Under the pieces are notes generated by a model. The model ran no database searches and was not told where the DNA came from. It worked only from the letters and a program-made list of their open reading frames with translations. From Pseudoalteromonas translucida KMM 520 (GTDB lineage: Bacteria; Pseudomonadota; Gammaproteobacteria; Enterobacterales; Alteromonadaceae), in the NCBI RefSeq assembly GCF_001465295.1, contig NZ_CP011035.1, positions 180,001 through 212,000 on the forward strand: 32,000 nt of DNA. Reading direction: 5' to 3'. Positions 1 through 6,329 of this stretch are shown in pieces. Each line of letters opens with the position of its first letter. Positions within the stretch are counted from its first letter, which is position 1. A program made the translations under genes and the position numbers.

Positions 1-52
1 AAAATTTGCGAAAAACGTATCTCAACGAATTGAACATACAAAATTTTTACTT

Positions 53-280
53 ATGGAATCATCAAAAATGATGGAGTTACTAGATGTATGGTTAAAAAAT
101 AACAATTATATTGAATTGGATGTAAGTAGCTTGGTTAAATCCATGATTGCAGAAAATGAGAAAACTTACTTAGCGCTTACATCCATTGACTTAGGAGTTG
201 TTAATCAGTCTTTCAACACATTTATTTATAATAGAATTAACTATTTAAAGTCTGATGAAAGTACTGAGCTAGCTTGTTAG
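53..280 (+). CDS. hypothetical small protein (75 aa)
   Basis: ORF only, with no recognisable motif. An 8-bp hairpin (339-346 / 353-360) lies downstream but has no T-run. Confidence 0.3.
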   Translation: MESSKMMELLDVWLKNNNYIELDVSSLVKSMIAENEKTYLALTSIDLGVVNQSFNTFIYNRINYLKSDESTELAC

Positions 281-402
281 TATTTCGTTCCTCAGAATAA
301 ATGCCTTTTAGGGATCATTAAGCTGCATTCTAGGCCTTAAAGTGACTTATTGGTCACTTTAACTACCGTCGGTTATATCAAAAAAGTTAAGTGTTTTTTT
401 AC

Positions 403-489
403 TTAATCTACTTTCTTAGCTTGTTTAATAAGTTTAATTAGAATTATCGTCAACACAGCAGCTGGTAATAGCCATATAAAATCACTCAT
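403..489 (-). CDS. 28-aa hydrophobic peptide (MSDFIWLLPAAVLTIILIKLIKQAKKVD), a possible type I toxin-like membrane peptide
   Basis: Hand-translated; it is below the ORF-track size cutoff. The ATG at 489 has a GAGGG Shine-Dalgarno about 8 nt upstream on the minus strand. The peptide has one hydrophobic helix and a Lys-rich C-terminus. Confidence 0.3.
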   Translation of the reverse strand: MSDFIWLLPAAVLTIILIKLIKQAKKVD

Positions 490-633
490 TTCTAACCCTC
501 AATATTTGGAATAATACTCCAACCTTAATGTTTTTGGTGTGTTTTGCAAATTTAAGTCGTTTATCTATTACCTTTCAATTTTTCTCCTGACTTATGCCTA
601 GTTAGCTTTAGGACAAATTAACTAGGAAAAATC

Positions 634-1026
634 ATGAAAGATCAAAAATCACCGTTTATACGCCAATATGTACGCGCTAGTAAATCCCCCTGGGAGGATG
701 CTTCCACCATTTTGCTATTAGCTGATGTTGTTGATAAGCAAGAACTTGAACTGGGCTTCACCAATTACATTTATTTACACCGAGATAGCGTGGGGTGTGT
801 GCTGGGTATTAGTATTTCTCAACAGTTACTAGCTGCTAATCCTGAGTTCTCAGAGCGGTATTTGGAGGGTATTGAGATGTATGCCTTTTTACTCATACAC
901 ATTGAAGGCATAACAAACTTCTGCAGTTTATTTACTGCAGAATTTGAGCAACTATTTATGCTAAAACCAAATGAGTATTTTGCAGCTGCAGAACGCCATT
1001 GGTTAGATATACTAGAGAATACCTAA
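634..1026 (+). CDS. hypothetical protein (130 aa)
   Basis: ORF followed immediately by a strong intrinsic terminator. No family motif recognised. Confidence 0.5.
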   Translation: MKDQKSPFIRQYVRASKSPWEDASTILLLADVVDKQELELGFTNYIYLHRDSVGCVLGISISQQLLAANPEFSERYLEGIEMYAFLLIHIEGITNFCSLFTAEFEQLFMLKPNEYFAAAERHWLDILENT

Positions 1027-1034
1027 AAACCTTT

Positions 1035-1060
1035 AGCGAACCACGTGGTTCGCTTTTTTA
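1035..1060 (+). terminator. rho-independent terminator
   Basis: Palindrome AGCGAACCAC/GTGGTTCGCT followed by TTTTTT, 9 nt after the stop codon of the 634-1026 ORF. Confidence 0.7.
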
Positions 1061-1320
1061 TTTCCCTGCGACGCTACTAGTTATATGTATAGAGCCAAAA
1101 ATAAGTTACACACTGCATGTTCATTACTCCAAAAAATTGCACCGAGCCTGGCGCTAAACAGGCTTACCTACCTGAAGAGCCTTTGTGGTGATTCACTGCA
1201 TTTAAATGAATATTCATACTCTGTATGACGTACAGGGTTATGTAGGGAGAAAACAATATAGCGATTGTTTTGGCGGCAGGGCCCGAATGCGCGGTCTTAG
1301 TTACCTAATGTAGACAGGTT

Positions 1321-1359
1321 AAAAATAAAAAGGAGTGAATAATATTCACTCCTTTTTTA
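1321..1359. terminator. bidirectional intrinsic terminator-like hairpin
   Basis: AGGAGTGAAT-aat-ATTCACTCCT 10-bp stem, flanked by an A-run upstream and a T-run downstream. Confidence 0.55.
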
Positions 1360-1673
1360 CATTCAAATTTTATCGTTTTGATATTCTATGCGAAATATCA
1401 ACAATGCCTCTTAGTTGTGCATACCTAATTAAAATAGGTCACATACATAAGAGATATTATGAAAATAAACGAGTAAAATGGCAGTTCGGGGTGATAGTTC
1501 GAACACTCTCAGATGCGTGCTCCATAAGCGGCTACACATTTGCGTTATCGGGTTGGCTTCATTACAAAAAGGTCTGTGATATACCATTAATTACAGATAT
1601 GGCAGCTAACTCGTATGTGCTATTGATTTTAGCGTGTTACGCAAGCCATTTGACACTGGATATTATTGCGTAG
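1335..1673 (+). CDS. doubtful ORF (112 aa, GTG start inside the terminator hairpin)
   Basis: The start codon is embedded in the 1331-1353 hairpin and has no spaced RBS. The only support is a good plus-strand terminator at 1697-1722. Confidence 0.2.
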   Translation: MNNIHSFFTFKFYRFDILCEISTMPLSCAYLIKIGHIHKRYYENKRVKWQFGVIVRTLSDACSISGYTFALSGWLHYKKVCDIPLITDMAANSYVLLILACYASHLTLDIIA

Positions 1674-1696
1674 TGGTCTAATCGCCATTAACTTCT

Positions 1697-1722
1697 AGAG
1701 CATCATTTTGATGCTCTTTTTT
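1697..1722 (+). terminator. rho-independent terminator
   Basis: AGAGCATC-atttt-GATGCTCT stem followed by TTTTTT. Confidence 0.6.
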
Positions 1723-2575
1723 ATGAATAGAATAGGGCGGTAATTTCATCGCAAAATTTTGTGCGATACACAATCGCAGATTGTAATAACGCAGCATCTT
1801 TGTGAGTCATGAATGGTTGTTGGGTTCTCTTATTTATGCGCTCTGGGAGCTCTGTCAGTAACTGGGTGTGTAATCTTTTTATATCATCAAATATTTGCGT
1901 AGATTGTGAAAATATAAATACCTGTTGGTAATGGCCCGCTTTAAGTGAGGCGAGGTATTTGAGCAGGATAGTCTGACGCGTCGATTTATTTTTAAATGAG
2001 TTTTCAATTTCGATAGCAACGACGGTCCTATCTGGTAATACGGCGATACCGTCTACAATTCGCGCATTACTTTGATTATATAAACGCTTAAACTCTGGCT
2101 CAGATAAAAATCCTGTCCATAGCGGCCTGTAAACGCCATCTGAGGTATGGTTATGTAATCCGCGCAGAGCAATAAATGTATTCATTAAATCGTGCATTAT
2201 GTGGTTGTGGTTAACCTGCAGTGCGGGGTTTGATTTTGAGCGAAAGTAAGTATCAATACTGGTTTGCTCCTGTGCATATTTAGCTCCTGTGTAAGTTGGA
2301 ATATAGACGCGTCCATCTGGACTGCGATGGGTGTGGACCATCGTTAATAATTTATCATCAACCAACTTATTTAAGTGGTTCAGCGCTTGAGGTTGACTAA
2401 TATTGTAGAGCCAGCGAATAATCACGGGCGCAGTAACTGAAAACCGTACTGCAATAATGACTGTCAATGCTGCACGGTTAATGCCAGTTAAGTAGTTGTT
2501 TGCGCCTTTTTGGTAACGCATGTTGATGTTGAAGTATCGCTGATATTGATGTGTGTAGGTGTTATCGTTTTCCAT
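1721..2575 (-). CDS. replication-relaxation-like protein (N-terminal winged helix + C-terminal PD-(D/E)xK-type nuclease fold)
   Basis: wHTH-like segment (...APVIIRWLYNISQPQALNHLNKLVDDKLL...). Nuclease-like motif HDL...IVDGIAVL...VAIEIENSFKNK, matching the D...ExE..K pattern. The family name is recalled from the Pfam Replic_Relax architecture and was not searched. Confidence 0.45.
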   Translation of the reverse strand: MENDNTYTHQYQRYFNINMRYQKGANNYLTGINRAALTVIIAVRFSVTAPVIIRWLYNISQPQALNHLNKLVDDKLLTMVHTHRSPDGRVYIPTYTGAKYAQEQTSIDTYFRSKSNPALQVNHNHIMHDLMNTFIALRGLHNHTSDGVYRPLWTGFLSEPEFKRLYNQSNARIVDGIAVLPDRTVVAIEIENSFKNKSTRQTILLKYLASLKAGHYQQVFIFSQSTQIFDDIKRLHTQLLTELPERINKRTQQPFMTHKDAALLQSAIVYRTKFCDEITALFYS

Positions 2576-2638
2576 TTATCATTCGCATGTTTAAGTAAGG
2601 CATGCTTTAACTACCTCCCACATAGACAAATTAACTGG

Positions 2639-3472
2639 TTATTTAGAGCGGAACATTAAAAATCGCCCGTCTTTGTTTATATCACCGAAGGAAACGCTCA
2701 TGAGCTTTTCACTACTGGCGCCGTTACGTGATTTAGACTGTGCTATATCAACCACGGTCACTGCATTGGTGCTGGCTTTCAAATCTTTTGCTGCGATGAG
2801 CACGTTATCAACAGCACGCGCAATTTCAGTATGGCCGCGATAGTTTTTGCCTGTTTTATCTGTATGGTGCAGTATCAAAATCGCTTTTCCTTCGTTTCGC
2901 AATGCGTCAATGCATTTGTTGTAGTAGTTCCAGTCGTTTTGATTGAGCTCCTCTGCGGATGTATACAGTGCGGATAGGTTATCGAAAATCACTACATCGG
3001 CCCATTCAATATCACTGGCGAGTGCATCAAAACCGTCAGATGTTGCAAGGTCCGGAATACCTCCTTGAAAGCTTTTTTTATGAATGATTTTTAAATAATT
3101 ACCATCGGGTCCAGCGCCTATTGCGTTAAAGATATTAGCAAAACGTTGTTTTATCTGATGCAAACCTAGTTCAGCATCGATATACAATACTTTTTTAGCT
3201 TCACAGGGTGCGCTATCAAAACAAGGAATCCCTGCGGCCACGCTAGCAGCAACGTGTTGAGATATGAATGTTTTTCCTGAGCCAGCTCCGGCAGCAAGTA
3301 GGGTAGCTTCTCCGGCGGTTAATATCGCGGGTACAATGATGCATGGTTGAGGAATGTCAGCTTGAACAATACTAAGTACGCTATCGGCTTTTCTTAATTG
3401 GTGTAATGGATTAGGTGTGTTTGTTGATTCACTGTTTGGTGAAAATTGTTGGGTATGTTCTTGGTCATTCAT
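2639..3472 (-). CDS. RecA-fold P-loop ATPase, RepA / AAA_25-like
   Basis: Walker A AGAGSGKT and Walker B-like VVIFDNLSALY. The pattern ILILHHTDKTGKNYRGH is typical of RepA/KaiC/DnaB-type RecA-fold proteins. Confidence 0.6.
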   Translation of the reverse strand: MNDQEHTQQFSPNSESTNTPNPLHQLRKADSVLSIVQADIPQPCIIVPAILTAGEATLLAAGAGSGKTFISQHVAASVAAGIPCFDSAPCEAKKVLYIDAELGLHQIKQRFANIFNAIGAGPDGNYLKIIHKKSFQGGIPDLATSDGFDALASDIEWADVVIFDNLSALYTSAEELNQNDWNYYNKCIDALRNEGKAILILHHTDKTGKNYRGHTEIARAVDNVLIAAKDLKASTNAVTVVDIAQSKSRNGASSEKLMSVSFGDINKDGRFLMFRSK

Positions 3473-3621
3473 ATTTATAAACTCCTATCGGATTGTAATA
3501 TTTCGGAATTTCTAAATAGGATGTCGAAAAACGAACTAATTGCGTTTTATGTAAAATTATCCAATTTATTTTTTTATTTTTATTAAGCTTGTTTTTAAAC
3601 GTAGAAAATTTGTATGAATTA

Positions 3622-3672
3622 AACTTATAAAGTAAGGCCTCCTCTTAAAGAGGAGGCCTTACTTTATAAGTT
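3622..3672. terminator. perfect 24-bp stem hairpin with a 3-nt loop; bidirectional terminator or insulator
   Basis: aaCTTATAAAGTAAGGCCTCCTCT-taa-AGAGGAGGCCTTACTTTATAAGtt with T-rich flanks. It sits between the minus-strand ATPase gene and the G+C-rich block. Confidence 0.55.
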
Positions 3673-3767
3673 ATTCTTTATTTCAATTAGGCAAAAATAT
3701 TACGGTATTCATTGCAAGACGTTGTGTATTTGCTCTTTTAATGAAACGAGGGATGAAACCATTTAGA

Positions 3768-4174
3768 GAAGCCGCTTTCAGCGGATGGCTTCGTCGCTGC
3801 GCTACTCAACCATAGGGTCTAAAACGCCCGTCAGCTCTGGTGTTGCTCCGCAACGAGCTGACTCGACGCGCTATCGCGCTAGCGTTGTAGGCCCAGCGCG
3901 AATGCACCTCGCTACGCTCTGTACTACCCGCCATACCGCCGCGCCTGACAATGCAATGGGTGCCCCATAATTTGCATTTTTCATCTGCTGTTATTTTCTA
4001 CGAAAATAGATGGTTCGATATCAATTTGTGCCAAATTTTAATCGAATTTCGCTGATGCGAAACACTATCGCGGGTAGTACAGACCAGCTGTACATTCGCG
4101 CTGTCTCCATGTGTCTGCGGCTTCGCCTACAACACATTACGCGCTTGTTGGCCTCATTCTGAGGCGCTTTTTTT
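3768..4174 (+). ncRNA. candidate structured non-coding RNA or cis-element (G+C-rich block in AT-rich DNA), class unknown
   Basis: Local hairpins at 3768-3792 and 3830-3862. Nested long-range inverted repeats: A 3884-3892 / A' 4125-4133, B 3894-3904 / B' 4093-4103, C 3919-3931 / C' 4070-4082. Intrinsic terminator GCCTCA-ttc-TGAGGC + GC + T7 at 4151-4174. The only ORF here (3785-3970) is an Ala/Arg-rich composition artefact. Confidence 0.35.
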
Positions 4175-4427
4175 CAGTTTTCGTGCCGAAAAATGCGAGC
4201 TTAAAACCTGTCTTGCAGACAAAAACCGCCTTCAAATTAAACTTACTAATAGATTTTTTAGATAAAGAGGAAAGGATTTTTGCTTAAAAGATTAAGTGAA
4301 AATAGAAGAAAAGTTAATGCCTTATTCAAACTTTTTGTTGCTGAGCTGCGCAGTCAAACAAGTTTGGTTTTTATCACGAAATCATTAAATTGTGAAGTTG
4401 TAATTAATGATTAATAAGGTTTAAAAA

Positions 4428-4634
4428 ATGAAAAACGACGCTAATGATATTACTATTAATCCTTCTACAGGATTACCTATCACAAATGCGAGCGCTAATA
4501 TCGTAGATGTTGGCGGCAATGTGGTGGGCCAATCTGATAGGGTCATGACTGTTTATGAGATTGAAGAATCGATAGCGGACTCTATAGGAGATGATTGTTT
4601 TGATGCATTTGAACCGTTCGATGATGGTTTTTAA
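4428..4634 (+). CDS. small acidic protein (68 aa), unknown function
   Basis: ORF with AAGG about 9 nt upstream. It has an acidic C-terminus (DDCFDAFEPFDDGF). Its stop overlaps the next start (TAATG). Confidence 0.5.
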   Translation: MKNDANDITINPSTGLPITNASANIVDVGGNVVGQSDRVMTVYEIEESIADSIGDDCFDAFEPFDDGF

Positions 4635-4879
4635 TGCCCAAAATTTTGAAAGCTATTAGTCGATATCGAATAGAAATCATCTATTCGACCATTGTATTTG
4701 GTGGCTCAGCGGTACTTTCTTTCCTGTACCAATCAACTCAAAATTTTGCCTGGTTTATCGCTCTAAGTCTTTTTTGCACTAAAATGATAACAGGTATCTA
4801 TAACTACGAATATTATCGAAAAAGTAACACCCCAAGCATGAAGGTCATGCTTAAGCATCTCCTTATTAAATTTATATAG
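4634..4879 (+). CDS. small two-TM membrane protein (81 aa), unknown function
   Basis: Two hydrophobic segments (IIYSTIVFGGSAVLSFLY and FAWFIALSLFCTKMITGIY). It is translationally coupled to the 68-aa ORF and followed by a terminator. Confidence 0.5.
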   Translation: MPKILKAISRYRIEIIYSTIVFGGSAVLSFLYQSTQNFAWFIALSLFCTKMITGIYNYEYYRKSNTPSMKVMLKHLLIKFI

Positions 4880-4902
4880 CCTTGTTTATTTGTCCTAAAT
4901 GC

Positions 4903-4935
4903 AAAGCGCCCTAGTTTTATCAAGGCGCTTTTTTA
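4903..4935 (+). terminator. rho-independent terminator
   Basis: AAAGCGCC...GGCGCTTT stem followed by a T-run. Confidence 0.6.
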
Positions 4936-5104
4936 GTTTTATGGTTCAGAAAAAGTGTGACTCTAATACTCAAGTCTATTTCTATGCTAATACTTGGTAA
5001 TATTAATAAAAAATATTGTAAACTCGACACTTAAAAAATAATTGTCCGATCTCTCTTATTTATATTTTCAAAAGTTGGGTATTGGTTAACAAGGAAGTAA
5101 ATTA

Positions 5105-6175
5105 ATGTATTACAGCGAAGTCAAAGAACAGTACCTTGCTCATTTAAAGCAATCAAAAAATAGCATTACCGCTTATAAAGCCATAGTAAATTATAGTAAT
5201 AAAACACCTACTGAGATCTCTGATGAGTCTTTTGAGTATTTAGAACATGAGTTTGAGGGAGTGTTTTTTGCTCAGGGAAACAATAAGAGGCAAATATTAA
5301 AATCTGCAGGTAAATATTTAATTGGTTTTTTATCATTAGGTGGTACTTATCACCTAGCACTTCAAAATAAACATTACGAAGACTTACACAACAGCTTGTA
5401 TAAGGCAGTATTTGAAAGCTTAAAACTGATTAATGGTGAGACTAATAAAGCCTTAAATTCTATCGGTTTTACATTAGAGAAAACAAATAAGCTTTTAAAA
5501 AAAGTTGGAAAGGTTTTACAAACTAAATCTAATGTTACAAGCGACAGAAAGGCAGTTGATCAAAAAGTAACTTTAATTCAGTTAAAGCAGTTCTCCGATG
5601 GTTTCAAAACTTCACTTAAAGCAGGGTTTGGCGGTTTGGTGGGTGGTACTTCAGCTGTTGGTGCCTGGGGCGTCGTTACCATTATAGGTAGTGCATCTAC
5701 AGGTACTGCTATTACCTCACTCTCTGGTATAGCTGCAACAAACGCAACACTAGCTTGGTTTGGTGGTGGTTCTATCGCTGCAGGAGGGGCTGGTATGGCT
5801 GGAGGGTTTATGGTTTTAGGTGGCATAATAGCAGCTCCCGCAATGTACTTTGCAGTAACAGGTTCATATAAAAAAGTCGAAAAAATAAAGATGAAAAAAG
5901 TTGAATTGTTGGCAGAGATAGAAAAGTTAACATCCCTTGAATCTGAAGCAAAGGCTCACCTTAAAACCGTCCAGCAGCATCATTACCACATTACCGAGTA
6001 TGCCAATCACTTTGGTAAGTTGCTTGAAGATAACTTGAGAGTGTTTAAAAAACATAGCTCGCTTAAGTATAAAATTTTTGGTGGGAAGATGAACATTAAA
6101 CAGGAAGAAGTTTTTCATAATCTAAGTCAATATAGTAATGAGTTATTATTTCAGCTAGGTTATAGCAATAATTAG
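5105..6175 (+). CDS. glycine-zipper membrane protein (356 aa): helical N-domain, about 80-aa Gly/Ala-rich hydrophobic core, C-terminal coiled coil
   Basis: Strong RBS AAGGAAG. Residues about 173-253 (nt 5621-5863) read GFGGLVGGTSAVGAWGVV...LAWFGGGSIAAGGAGMAGGFMVLGGIIAAP. This core is followed by a Lys-rich helix (KKVEKIKMKKVELLAEIEKL). Confidence 0.6.
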   Translation: MYYSEVKEQYLAHLKQSKNSITAYKAIVNYSNKTPTEISDESFEYLEHEFEGVFFAQGNNKRQILKSAGKYLIGFLSLGGTYHLALQNKHYEDLHNSLYKAVFESLKLINGETNKALNSIGFTLEKTNKLLKKVGKVLQTKSNVTSDRKAVDQKVTLIQLKQFSDGFKTSLKAGFGGLVGGTSAVGAWGVVTIIGSASTGTAITSLSGIAATNATLAWFGGGSIAAGGAGMAGGFMVLGGIIAAPAMYFAVTGSYKKVEKIKMKKVELLAEIEKLTSLESEAKAHLKTVQQHHYHITEYANHFGKLLEDNLRVFKKHSSLKYKIFGGKMNIKQEEVFHNLSQYSNELLFQLGYSNN

Positions 6176-6329
6176 CTTAATACTTTTACTAACTCTACTA
6201 GTTAACTTTTACTATCTTTTATTTTTGCTTATTAACCTTATTTTATATAGCATCACTAAATAGCATGAAACACGTTGAATCAACGAGTTGTGCGCACTCA
6301 TAGCGCAGTATTTAGGGATGGTTTAAGTT

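Noticed and set aside
3785-3970. 61-aa ORF (MASSLRYSTIGSKTPVSSGVAPQRADSTRYRASVVGPARMH...)
   Set aside because: Its Ala/Arg/Ser-rich composition is what a random frame through a G+C-rich block produces. It has no RBS and overlaps the hairpins and inverted repeats, so the region was treated as non-coding.
3768-4174. Retron msr/msd, type III antitoxin repeats, a tRNA/tmRNA-derived att site, or an integron attC as explanations for the structured block
   Set aside because: There is no reverse transcriptase gene in the window. The repeats are inverted rather than tandem direct. The only T-loop-like string (GGTTCGATATC at about 4012) has no T-stem. No RYYYAAC/GTTRRRY core pair was evident. None of these could be supported.
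4280-4414. 44-codon TTG-initiated ORF upstream of the 68-aa gene
   Set aside because: Its only support is a GAGGAAAGG-like purine run. It is short, has a non-ATG start and has no motif, which is too weak to call.
5578-5826. 82-aa Pro-rich minus-strand ORF
   Set aside because: It is the antisense shadow of the Gly-rich (GGN) segment of the 5105-6175 gene, because CCN codons encode proline.
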